Source of the DNA: an uncultured Gemmatimonadales bacterium
GTDB taxonomy: Bacteria > Gemmatimonadota > Gemmatimonadetes > Gemmatimonadales > Gemmatimonadaceae
Assembly (NCBI GenBank): GCA_963707505.1
Contig: CAVPQB010000004.1
Span: 576,001-640,000, forward strand
Direction: 5' to 3'
DNA: 64,000 nucleotides
Below the pieces are notes generated by a model that was not told the DNA's origin, did not search any database, and worked only from the letters and a program-made list of their open reading frames with translations. Positions within the stretch are counted from its first letter, which is position 1; each line of letters begins with the position of its first letter. The position numbers were made by a program, and so were the translations under genes. This document shows positions 47,637-57,400 of the stretch, piece after piece.

Positions 47637-49427
47637 TTATGTCGTCAGGGCCGGCTGAAGGTGTGGTGCGGACGTACCCGATGGCCACCGCCGCTCTCCG
47701 ACTTGCTGGCGCCACATGGCGTGGTACAATCCCTTCTCGTCCAACAGATCCGCATGACGGCCCGATTCGACGATACGTCCGCGCTCGAGCACGTAGATCG
47801 TGTCTGCGTGCATGATTGTGGAGAGCCTGTGCGCGATGAGTATCGCGATCGTCTCGCGGCGCGTCGCGACGTCGCGGATCGTACGGCTCACCTCTTCTTC
47901 GGTGATCGAGTCGAGTGCCGACGTCGCTTCATCGAAGATGAGCAGCGACGGACGTCGCAGCAATGCACGCGCAATCGCGAGGCGCTGGCGCTCGCCGCCG
48001 GACACCTTCACGCCGCCCTCGCCAATCATTGTGTCGAGCCCTTTGTCGGCACGTGCGAGAAGACTGTCGGCAGCTGCTTCGTGCAGCACGCGCATGCAAT
48101 CGGCGTCGGTCGCGTCGGGTCTCACGAATCGCAAATTCTCGGCGATCGTACCGGAAAACAGCTGCGCGTCCTGCGCTACGAGGCCGATGCGCGTTCGCAG
48201 TGCATCCAGCTCGACTTCAGTGCCGGACGTACCGTTATATAGTATCCGCCCTTCCAGTGGGTGGTACAGGCCGAGGAGAAGCTTCACGAGCGTCGATTTT
48301 CCCGCCCCGGACGGACCGACGAACGCAATCGTCTGCCCGCGCTCCGTCTGGAACGAGACGTCAGTAAGCGCCGGTGCATTTGCCGACCGATGCTGGAAGG
48401 TTACGTGATCGAACGCAAGACTGGTGAGCGGGCCGATCTCTACTGGATGCTCCGGGCGCGGATCCGGCGGTATCGCGAACACCGTTTCGAGATTCGCCAT
48501 GGACGCTTCCGTCTCGCGGTAGGTGTTGATGACGTTCCCAAGCTCCTGCAGCGGACCGAATATGAAGAACGAGTAGATGAGCAGCGCGAAGAACTGTCCG
48601 ACGGATATCTGTTGTGCAAAAATGAGGTACAGCATCAGGAACAGGATCGACGTTCGCAGCAGATTGACGCACGTTCCCTGAATGAAGCTGAGGCTGCGGA
48701 GATAGCGCACCTTCTTCAGCTCGAGCTTCAGGATCTTCTCGGTGGTCGAATTGAGCCGCGTAACCTCCTGTTCGGTGAGGCCGAGACTCTTGACCAGCTC
48801 GATGTTTCGGAGCGATTCCGTCGTTGCACCGGCGAGCGCAGTCGTCTCCGCGACGATCACTTCCTGCACGCGCTTGATCCTCCGGCTCAGTACCGAGCTG
48901 AGCAGGGCAAGCAGTGGAACCGTGAGCAGAAACGCCGGTGCGATGGACCAGTGAACCTTGTACGCATACACCATCACGAAGACGACACCGACGATCGTCG
49001 TGAAGAGAACGTTCACGGCGGCTGTAATGAATCGCTGTGCATCAAGGCGTGCCTGCTGGATCTTTCCGAGCGTCTCGCCGCTGCGTTGATCCTCGAAGAG
49101 AGAGTACGGCAGCTCGAGCGAGTATCGAATTCCGTCGGAATACAGATCGACACCGACGCGTTGTGTAACAACGTTGACGAAATAATCCTGGAACGCCTTG
49201 GCAACGCGTGATACGAAGGCCACGCCGACCGCCGCGGCCAGCAGGATCGACACACCGCGCACGAATTGCATCGTGCTGTACTGCCGGAATTTCGTTGCGT
49301 AGTTGTCGATTACATACCGGAAGATCAATGGGTCTAGTAACGAGAAAACCTGGTTGATGGCCGCGAGAAAAAGTGCGAGCAGGACCAGGCGCCAGTAGCG
49401 CTTGAGGTACGTGGCGAGAAGTTTCAT
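47637..49427 (-). CDS. ABC exporter, fused TMD + NBD half-transporter
   Basis: 6-TM domain, Walker A GPSGAGKST, VSGGERQR, FDEATSALD, IAHRLST; ATGA overlap with the upstream phosphoesterase. Confidence 0.93.
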   Translation of the reverse strand: MKLLATYLKRYWRLVLLALFLAAINQVFSLLDPLIFRYVIDNYATKFRQYSTMQFVRGVSILLAAAVGVAFVSRVAKAFQDYFVNVVTQRVGVDLYSDGIRYSLELPYSLFEDQRSGETLGKIQQARLDAQRFITAAVNVLFTTIVGVVFVMVYAYKVHWSIAPAFLLTVPLLALLSSVLSRRIKRVQEVIVAETTALAGATTESLRNIELVKSLGLTEQEVTRLNSTTEKILKLELKKVRYLRSLSFIQGTCVNLLRTSILFLMLYLIFAQQISVGQFFALLIYSFFIFGPLQELGNVINTYRETEASMANLETVFAIPPDPRPEHPVEIGPLTSLAFDHVTFQHRSANAPALTDVSFQTERGQTIAFVGPSGAGKSTLVKLLLGLYHPLEGRILYNGTSGTEVELDALRTRIGLVAQDAQLFSGTIAENLRFVRPDATDADCMRVLHEAAADSLLARADKGLDTMIGEGGVKVSGGERQRLAIARALLRRPSLLIFDEATSALDSITEEEVSRTIRDVATRRETIAILIAHRLSTIMHADTIYVLERGRIVESGRHADLLDEKGLYHAMWRQQVGERRWPSGTSAPHLQPALTT

Positions 49428-50206
49428 GATTCGCCCGTGCGGGGAGGGGTCGCGGCGAGCGGTTTTCCACCCGTTTCGAGAAATTCAGCAAACTCTGCAG
49501 GAAGCTTGCTAGCGCGAATGCCGCGCATCGCCACGTCGACCTCGTATGCGACGCGAACTGTCTCGGATCGCACCTCGGTCGCGCTGACATCGAGCAGGAC
49601 GTACGCGGCTCGCCAGTCACCATCCTTTGGCCGGCCGACGCTTCCGGTATTGATGAAATGCACTCCGCCGGCGGTCCGGTGCCACGGCTTGTGTGTATGT
49701 CCGAACGCGAGCACGTCGCCGGCCTTGAGCGCAGCCGCACTTGCCATCCGGGTCAGGAACCCATCAGGCCGGCCCTCGTCCACGTAGATCAGATTGTTGA
49801 GTGGTGTTGCGTGCACCAGCGTGACAGTGGGCCCGGCGACATGCCCTCCCGCTGGACGAATGTCGATGCGGAACGGAAGTGCTCCAAGAAATGCCTTCGT
49901 AGCTGCGTTGACGTGCGCCCGTGTCCATTCGTAGCTCTGGTGCGCGAGCTCTTCCTGATGGGGATCCTCGGCTCGGCAGCCGCAGTTCTTGTAATCGTTT
50001 GCGACGGTCGAATCGTAATTGCCGGCGACGCCGGGAATCCCTTCGCGGGCGATGATCTCGCAGACTTCATTGGGCCAGGGCGCATATCCGACGAGATCAC
50101 CGAGATGGTACACTCCGTCCACATCGCCGCGGCCGCGAATGCTGGCGAGCACGGATTCGAGCGCTGGCCGGTTCGCATGAATATCGGAAATGAGTGCGTA
50201 ACGCAT
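49424..50206 (-). CDS. Calcineurin-like metallophosphoesterase with CGC motif
   Basis: SDIHAN, LGDLVGY, GNYD, NCGC, VHATP, GHTH, NTGSVGRPKDGD. Confidence 0.9.
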   Translation of the reverse strand: MRYALISDIHANRPALESVLASIRGRGDVDGVYHLGDLVGYAPWPNEVCEIIAREGIPGVAGNYDSTVANDYKNCGCRAEDPHQEELAHQSYEWTRAHVNAATKAFLGALPFRIDIRPAGGHVAGPTVTLVHATPLNNLIYVDEGRPDGFLTRMASAAALKAGDVLAFGHTHKPWHRTAGGVHFINTGSVGRPKDGDWRAAYVLLDVSATEVRSETVRVAYEVDVAMRGIRASKLPAEFAEFLETGGKPLAATPPRTGES

Positions 50207-50218
50207 GATTCGTCGTCT

Positions 50219-51319
50219 CTACGTTGTCGTGGGCGACGTTTGGAAATAGCGCCTTCCGGCCCACAGCGACACGTACACCAGACCGACCAATGCCGGTACT
50301 TCGATCAGTGGACCCACCACCGCGGCGAGCGCTTCACCCGAGGCAATGCCGAACGTCGCGATAGCCACCGCAATCGCAAGCTCGAAGTTGTTGCCGGCCG
50401 CCGTGAAGGACAGAGAAGCTGTCTCGGGGTAGCTGAACCCAAGCTTCATCGAGAGCGCGAATGCGAGCCCGAACATGATGAAGAAGTAGACTACAAGTGG
50501 AATCGCAATTCGCAGCACATCCACTGGGAGCTGGAGGATGCGCGTGCCCTGCATCGCGAACATCAACACGATAGTGTATAGCAAGCCGAGCAATGCGGTC
50601 GGACCGATGCGCGGAACGAAGCTTTCGTTGTACCATGCCTCGCCGCGTTTTGCGACCATCGTCCGTCGTGTGAGATAGCCGGCGAGAAGCGGAATTCCGA
50701 GGAAGATCAGGACGCTCTTTGCGATCTGCCACATGGACACGTGCAGCGCAGTCGTGTCAGCTCCCAACCAGCGTGGGACGACGGTGAGAAAGAGCCATCC
50801 GAGTACCGAGTAGGTGAGAATCTGGAAGACCGAATTGAGTGCAACGAGAACAGCGGCGAGCTCCGCGGAGCCGCACGCAAGCGAGTTCCAGATCAGGACC
50901 ATCGCGATGCAGCGTGCGAGGCCGATCAGCACGAGCCCATCACGATAATGCGGAAGATCAGGCAGGAACAGCCACGCCAGTGCGAACATGACGACGGGCC
51001 CGATCACCCAGTTGAGAATCAGCGAGGTGCCCAGCAGTTTGCGATCGGCCACGTGCGCACCGATGCTTTCGTAGCGCACCTTGGCGAGCACCGGGTACAT
51101 CATCCAGAGGAGTCCGATCCCAATCGGCACTGATACGCCGGCCACCTGCACGCGGTCGAGCACGGCGCCCAATCCCGGAAACGCGCGTCCCAGCGCGATG
51201 CCGCTCGCCATCGCCGCAAAGATCCAGAGCGGGAGAAAGCGATCCAGCCTGGACAGCCGCCGGAGGACCTGCGCGTCCATTGCGGACGTCGGCGCCAAGC
51301 CTATGGTATTTGCTTCCAT
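50219..51319 (-). CDS. acr3: ACR3-family arsenite efflux transporter
   Basis: LDRFLPLWIF.AM, MMYPVLAKV, LNWVIGP, GLARCIAMVLIWN, AAGNNFELAIAVA, VGPLIEVP. Confidence 0.96.
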   Translation of the reverse strand: MEANTIGLAPTSAMDAQVLRRLSRLDRFLPLWIFAAMASGIALGRAFPGLGAVLDRVQVAGVSVPIGIGLLWMMYPVLAKVRYESIGAHVADRKLLGTSLILNWVIGPVVMFALAWLFLPDLPHYRDGLVLIGLARCIAMVLIWNSLACGSAELAAVLVALNSVFQILTYSVLGWLFLTVVPRWLGADTTALHVSMWQIAKSVLIFLGIPLLAGYLTRRTMVAKRGEAWYNESFVPRIGPTALLGLLYTIVLMFAMQGTRILQLPVDVLRIAIPLVVYFFIMFGLAFALSMKLGFSYPETASLSFTAAGNNFELAIAVAIATFGIASGEALAAVVGPLIEVPALVGLVYVSLWAGRRYFQTSPTTT

Positions 51320-51404
51320 CAAATTTGGTTGATATATCGTGCAAAAAAGAGCAGGACGGCAAGTGGATCGCTCAATGATACATCAAGAAATGTTGATGTG
51401 TCAA
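51318..51404 (-). promoter_or_regulatory. acr3 promoter (TTGACA-18-TATCAT) with two ATCAA-N6-TTGAT ArsR-type operators
   Basis: Boxes at 51318-51333 (over the start codon) and 51382-51397 (in the -35/-10 spacer, extended ACATCAA..TTGATGT). Confidence 0.8.
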
Positions 51405-51721
51405 GAACCAGCCAGAAAAGGCGCGAATAGTGTACTCGTCTGAGCGCCCGTCGGATCGCACGCTTCTGCCGGCGCCTCGATCAGCAGATGAATCGCATCG
51501 CCGGTCTCATCGATCCTGAAGCGCAGAAACGCGCAGCACTTCTCTTCTCGCCGCACCAGCTCGCGGAGCTGGCCGCCGGCAGTCGGATCGTACACCAGTT
51601 CCAAAATCACACCGTCCTGACGATGGGAGCGCAACGACGCTGTGTTCAGTCTGCCGATCCAGTCCAGCCGGTCCGCGTAGTCGTCCGAGGCGAGGGTGCA
51701 GGCGATGGGTGGCGTAGTCAT
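51401..51721 (-). CDS. Small Cys-motif protein (IACTL...EEKCCAF), putative metal(loid)-binding
   Basis: PIACTL, R..WI..L, ELVRREEKCCAFLRF; lies upstream of acr3. Confidence 0.75.
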   Translation of the reverse strand: MTTPPIACTLASDDYADRLDWIGRLNTASLRSHRQDGVILELVYDPTAGGQLRELVRREEKCCAFLRFRIDETGDAIHLLIEAPAEACDPTGAQTSTLFAPFLAGS

Positions 51722-51863
51722 GACTTTCCGGGGTTGAGATGCAGACACTTGAAGGCACGGCTCGATCCGGTGACATCGGCGTTGCTCATCTCGTAATGTA
51801 GAAGAAGAATGGCGGCGGGAAGACCCATTGCCGCCACCGACGGCGATCGGCCAGATTTGATTA

Positions 51864-52319
51864 ATGCGAGTGGTCGCTCAGAGGGTGTCGCGCGCCTCGG
51901 TGCGCGTTGGCGGTAAAGTGGTAGGAGAGATCGGCAACGGGCTCATGCTCCTCGTCGGCTTTACGCACGATGACGCGAGCCGCGAGGTCGGCTGGATGAC
52001 TGAGAAGCTGATCGGCCTCCGCATCTTCGCGGACGATGATGGGAAGATGAACCGATCGGTCGCCGACGTTGGCGGCTCGATTCTGGTCGTATCGCAGTTC
52101 ACGTTGTATGGTGACGCCCGCAAGGGCCGTCGGCCATCGTTCGTAGACGCGGCGCGCCCTGAGGTCGCGATTCCGCTGTATCAGAAGTTCATCGTCGCGC
52201 TGGCGAACAGTGGAGTAGTGGTCGCCGCAGGCGAATTTGGCGCGGACATGCAGGTCGAGCTGGTGAACGACGGCCCCGTGACGTTGCTGCTGGAGCGGTC
52301 TGCCGCCGTAGCTGAGTAA
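51864..52319 (+). CDS. dtd: D-aminoacyl-tRNA deacylase
   Basis: QRVSRASV, LRIF.D..GKMN, VSQFTL, KGRRPSF, GEFGADMQVELVNDGPVT. Confidence 0.97.
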   Translation: MRVVAQRVSRASVRVGGKVVGEIGNGLMLLVGFTHDDASREVGWMTEKLIGLRIFADDDGKMNRSVADVGGSILVVSQFTLYGDARKGRRPSFVDAARPEVAIPLYQKFIVALANSGVVVAAGEFGADMQVELVNDGPVTLLLERSAAVAE

Positions 52320-52400
52320 CGAGGCGCCTGGACGGCGCGGCAGCAGTCGCTCCGCGGCGTGCTGGTGGACGGCGGTCATATGACAGCGTAATGTCCCTGC

Positions 52401-53855
52401 ATGAAGACTTCGAGATATTCCCCGGTGGCGACGTATGCGCTCGTGCTCGCGCTGACGGCGCGGCTCGTCGCTGCGCCCGACGTGACGGCCGCACAACGTC
52501 CTGCACTTTCGCGCAACGTGCGCCAGTACGTGGCCATCGACACATCAGTTGTCGCACTGACTCACGTGCGCGTGATCGACGGGACCGGCGCGCAACCCCG
52601 TGACGACCAGACATTGATTCTGCGCGATGGGAAAATCGCCGAGGTCGGGAACAGCGCGACGATCACGCCACCGGCGAACGCGCAGATACTTGACCTCACT
52701 GGCAAGTCGGTGATTCCCGGGCTCGTGATGATGCACGAGCATCTGTTCTATCCAACGGGCCCGGGTGTGTACGGCAATGTCGCCGAAAGCTTCACGCGAT
52801 TGTATCTCGCCGGCGGGGTGACGTCGATGCGTACTGGCGGAAACGTCAACGGCTACGGCGAGATCAACATCGCGCGCGCGATAAAGAACGGTGATAAACC
52901 TGGCCCGTGGATCGACGCGAGCGCGCCGTATCTGCAGGGACCCGGGCTCGGCATCGGCCAGATGTACGAGCTCAAGGATGCGAACGACGCGCGCCGCATG
53001 GTGAATTTCTGGGCCGACGCGGGGGCGACTTCGTTCAAGGCGTACATGAACATCACGCGCGCGGAGCTGGCGGCTGCAGTGCAGGAGGTGCACAAGCGCG
53101 GGTTCAAGATCACCGGACACCTCTGCTCCGTGACGTACCGCGAAGCGATTGCAGCCGGGATCGACGATCTGGAGCACGGCTTCTTCGTATCAACGGATTT
53201 TGATACATCGAAGAAGCCGGACGTGTGCCCCGGACAGGCGTCTGGGATGGCGTCGATGGCCGCTGTCGATCCGAGCAGTGCGCAATTCAAGGCGCTGATC
53301 GCCGATCTGATCGCGCATCACGTTGCGATAACCTCCACGCTCACGGTGTTCGAAACGTTCACTCCCGGCCAGCCGATGCCGCCCGGTCTGGATGTATTGG
53401 ACCCAATACTCAAGCAGCGATTCGAGAAGTTCTACGCGACGGTGCAGGGTAACGACCATTCCATCTACTCGGCGCTGTTCGCGAAGGACCGAGCGATGGA
53501 GCTTCAGTTCGCGCGGGCGGGCGGTCTGTTGATCGCGGGAACCGATCCTACGGGAGCGGGCGGGGTCGTTCCCGGCTACTCGGACCAGCGGCAGGTGGAG
53601 CTGCTCGTAGGGAGCGGGTTCACGCCTCTCGAAGCGATAAAAATCTGCACAATGAACGGCGCGACGTACCTGGGGCGATCGAGCGTGATCGGCTCGATCG
53701 CGACCGGCAAACAGGCTGACCTGGTCGTAATTAACGGCGACCCCGCGAGAAACGTCTCTGACATCAGGAAAGTTGAGTTGGTCTTCAAGCAGGGTGTTGG
53801 CTACGACCCGGCCAAATTGATCGCGTCGGTGAAAGGGCAAGTGGGGCTTTTCTAG
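52401..53855 (+). CDS. Secreted amidohydrolase-family protein
   Basis: Signal peptide; VIPGLVMMHEH, YLAGGVT, KAY, TGHL, LEHG, AGTD, GKQADLVV. Confidence 0.88.
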   Translation: MKTSRYSPVATYALVLALTARLVAAPDVTAAQRPALSRNVRQYVAIDTSVVALTHVRVIDGTGAQPRDDQTLILRDGKIAEVGNSATITPPANAQILDLTGKSVIPGLVMMHEHLFYPTGPGVYGNVAESFTRLYLAGGVTSMRTGGNVNGYGEINIARAIKNGDKPGPWIDASAPYLQGPGLGIGQMYELKDANDARRMVNFWADAGATSFKAYMNITRAELAAAVQEVHKRGFKITGHLCSVTYREAIAAGIDDLEHGFFVSTDFDTSKKPDVCPGQASGMASMAAVDPSSAQFKALIADLIAHHVAITSTLTVFETFTPGQPMPPGLDVLDPILKQRFEKFYATVQGNDHSIYSALFAKDRAMELQFARAGGLLIAGTDPTGAGGVVPGYSDQRQVELLVGSGFTPLEAIKICTMNGATYLGRSSVIGSIATGKQADLVVINGDPARNVSDIRKVELVFKQGVGYDPAKLIASVKGQVGLF

Positions 53856-54455
53856 ATGAATGAGCCCCGCTTCGTTCTCGCGTCCGCGTCACCGCGCCGG
53901 CGTGAGCTCCTGGACCTGATTGGTATCAAGCACACCGTGGATCCGGCCGACATCGACGAATCGATGCACGCCGCCGAGCTGCCGGCGGCGCACGTCGAAC
54001 GTCTTGCGCGGGAGAAAGCGTCGAAGGTAGCGGCGCGACATCGCGATGCGTTGGTGATCGCCGCGGATACGGTTGTAGTTCTGGATGGACGGGTGATGGG
54101 TAAGCCACGTACGGAAGACGAAGCGTGCAGCATGCTTTCGGATCTGAGCGGCGCAACTCACACGGTACTGACAGGGATGGCCTGCACGTTCAACGGCGCA
54201 TTGGAGTCCTCCGTAGATGATGTGTCAGTGACCTTCCGAAGCTTGTCGAGAGATGAAATTCGCGAATACATCGCGACCGGTGAGCCGATGGACAAGGCTG
54301 GGTCGTACGGTATTCAGGGTTACGGTGCAACAATAGTACGACGCATTGACGGCGACTATTTCGCGGTGATGGGGCTGTCGCTGGTACGGTTAGTCGAACT
54401 GATGCAAAAATTGCGCGTTCGCTATCACTTCGGCGGAGCGACGCGACACACCTAG
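53856..54455 (+). CDS. maf: Maf-family nucleoside triphosphate pyrophosphatase (YhdE-like)
   Basis: LASASPRRRELL, IDE, LAREKA, AADTVV, GKP, DKAGSYGIQ. Confidence 0.94.
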   Translation: MNEPRFVLASASPRRRELLDLIGIKHTVDPADIDESMHAAELPAAHVERLAREKASKVAARHRDALVIAADTVVVLDGRVMGKPRTEDEACSMLSDLSGATHTVLTGMACTFNGALESSVDDVSVTFRSLSRDEIREYIATGEPMDKAGSYGIQGYGATIVRRIDGDYFAVMGLSLVRLVELMQKLRVRYHFGGATRHT

Positions 54456-54488
54456 ATTGCCCCGCCCTGCGGGGCGGGAAATGCGGTC

Positions 54489-57400
54489 ATGCGCAAGTCT
54501 TTCGTTCTGTTTGCAGCGCTACTGCTTGGGATCGGGATCAATTCCCGTCCGGCGCAGGCGCAGATAGGTAGCACCACAGACATCGTGACCGGTCGCGTGC
54601 TCGGCCCTGACGGAAAGCCACTCGAAAACGTGACCGTGGCTGTGAAGTCTGCAGAGAGCGGGATCACGCGTACCAAGCGTACTGGCGCTGACGGGCGATA
54701 CACGATTCTCTTTCCCGATGGCGGCGGTCAGTACCGTGTCGAATTTCGCGCGATTGGTTTCGCGCCGATTTCGCGCAACGTCGCGCGGCAGGGCGACGAG
54801 GATCGGCTCGTCACCGACGTCCAGATCGGTACGCAGGTCGCCGCGAAGCTGTCCACAGTCGCCGTAACGGCGCGTAACGGTGGGCGCGACCGTGGCGCGG
54901 CGCCTACACCTGGCGAAAGCGGACGCACCCTCTCATCTGAGCAGCTCGAGCGACTACCAGTCGACATGAGCGACATCTCCGCGATCGCAGCGATGGCGCC
55001 AGGCGTCGTTGGAATCGCCGGGAATGACACGACAGCCGCTGCGTTCTCCGTCGCCGGCCAGCGCTCGACGCTCAACAACACGACACTCGATGGTCTCTCG
55101 TTCGGGAGCTTCTCCGTGCCTGCGGAGGGATTGCGCAGCACGCGCGTGGTGACGAACACGTACGATCCATCCAAGGGTCAGTTCAGCGGCGGGGAGATTG
55201 CATCTACCACGCGCGGTGGAACGAACGAGCTCACCGGCGGGTTCACGTACTCCCGGCGTGATCCGGTGCTCGAGTTTGAAGGTGCGGACAGCGCGGCAGT
55301 CTCACCGACGTATCTGCAGGATCAGATAAGCGCAGGACTGGGCGGTCCGATAATCAAGGACAAGATGTTCGTCTTCGGATCTGCACAGCTGCGCAGACGC
55401 AGCGATCCGGTGCAATCGCTGCTCGCGTCATCGCCGGCAACACTATCAACGCTCGGACTCGATCCGGCTTCGGTGCAGGCTTTCGAGTCACAGGTAAACG
55501 CGCTCGGGATTCCATCGCCCACGGCGGTACCAGACCGACGCATCGGCGACAACACGGTCGGCCTACTTCGTCTCGACTATTTCCTGAACGACGCGAACAG
55601 CCTCACGATTCGCGGTGACTATCGTGGAAGCACGCAGGACCCGACTCGCTCGAATCCGTATGCGCTTCCGTCCAGCGCGGGCGCAAGCACGACGACTGGC
55701 GCAGGTCTCGCGGCGACGCTCACATCCAATTTCGAGAGCGGCATCATCAACGAGCTGCGCACCTATTATTCGCGCGACAACAATCATTCCGAAGGATACC
55801 TGACGCTTCCAGCGGGGCGTGTGCGGATCAGCTCGCCGCTGGCGGATGGGACTCAGGCTCTCAGCGTCATCAGCTTCGGCGGTAATCCGGGCTTCCCGCA
55901 AGCCGGAAGCTCGGCGCTGCTCGAAGCGGCAGACGAGGTTTCATATCTCAGCAAGGATCGCACACACCGCGTGCGGCTCGGAACTTTATTCGATCTGAAT
56001 ACGTTTCGCCAGAACGTCACCAACAACAGACTCGGGACGTTCACTTACAACTCGCTTGGCGCGTTTCTATCCGATACACCCGACAGCTACAGCAGAACTC
56101 TTCTGTCTCAGGAGCGGGCTGGCAAGACGGTCGCAGGCGCCGTGTATCTGGGCGACACGTGGCGGCCAAACCGCCAGGTGCAGGTCGTGTATGGCGTTCG
56201 CGCGGAAGGAACGAAGGTCGATGATGCGCCGCCGCTCAACTCCGACGTCGAATCGAAATTCGGTCTTCGCACGAACGATTTTCCGACGGAGGTCCACTTC
56301 AGTCCGCGTGCGGGATTCTCGATCAATCTGACCAAGCCGAATCCCAACGATCCGTTCTCCCAATTCCAGCCGGCATTTCTGCTTCGCGGCGGAATCGGTG
56401 AGTTCCGCGCAAAGACTCCAACGGGATTGTTCACATCCGCTGCAGGCGCAACGGGATTGGTCAACACCGAGCAGCAGGTCTCTTGTATCGGGCCAGCTGT
56501 TCCGATGCCGGACTGGCAGAGCTATCTCGGAGATCCGACGACCGCGCCGACGTCATGTGTAGGAAACAGTTCGATACCGCAGAACTTCTCGTCAGTCAGC
56601 CCCTCGGTCACGCTGTTCGCGCCTGATTTCGAAGCGCCGCGCTCGTGGCGCGCCTCACTCGGTCTCCAGCACAGGCTGATCGGCAACATCACCCTGTCGG
56701 CTGATGCTAGCTACGCCCGAGGTGTCGCGTTGTATGGAGTACAGGATCTCAATCTCAACACGACACCGGCGTTCAAGCTTGCTGACGAGGGCAATCGGCC
56801 GGTCTATGCCCCTGCGGCTGCAATCGTAACCGGAACGGGACAGGTAACATCGGGTGGCTCGCGCATTTATCCCGAGTACGGCCAGGTGCTCGAGCTCACG
56901 TCGGGACTGCAAAGCGATACCCGTCAACTGACGCTGTCTCTCAACGGCGCAACTGCTGGTGGAACGTTCTTTACATTCGCGTACACGCTGCAACGTACAC
57001 GCGATCAGTCATCTTTCACCTGCTGCTCGGCAGCGCAGGGATTCGCATCACCGACGACGGCAGGAAATCCGAACATCAGCGAATGGGCCCCAGGCGATCA
57101 GGACATTCGCAACACCATTCAGACTTACTTCACGAAGCCCGTCAAGGACTGGCTCGAGATCACCGCGAACGCACGGCTCAGCTCAGGTGCGCCGTTCACG
57201 CCGATCGTATCGGGTGACATAAACGGCGACGGATCACACAACGATCGCGCCTTCATATTCAATCCCGCGACCGCAAGCAATCCTGCCATCGCGTCGGCGA
57301 TGAAGGAGTTGCTCGCGAGCTCACCGGCCAACGTGCGCGACTGCCTCACGTCACAGCTCGGAACCGTGGCTGGGCGCAACAGCTGCCGGGGACCGTGGAC

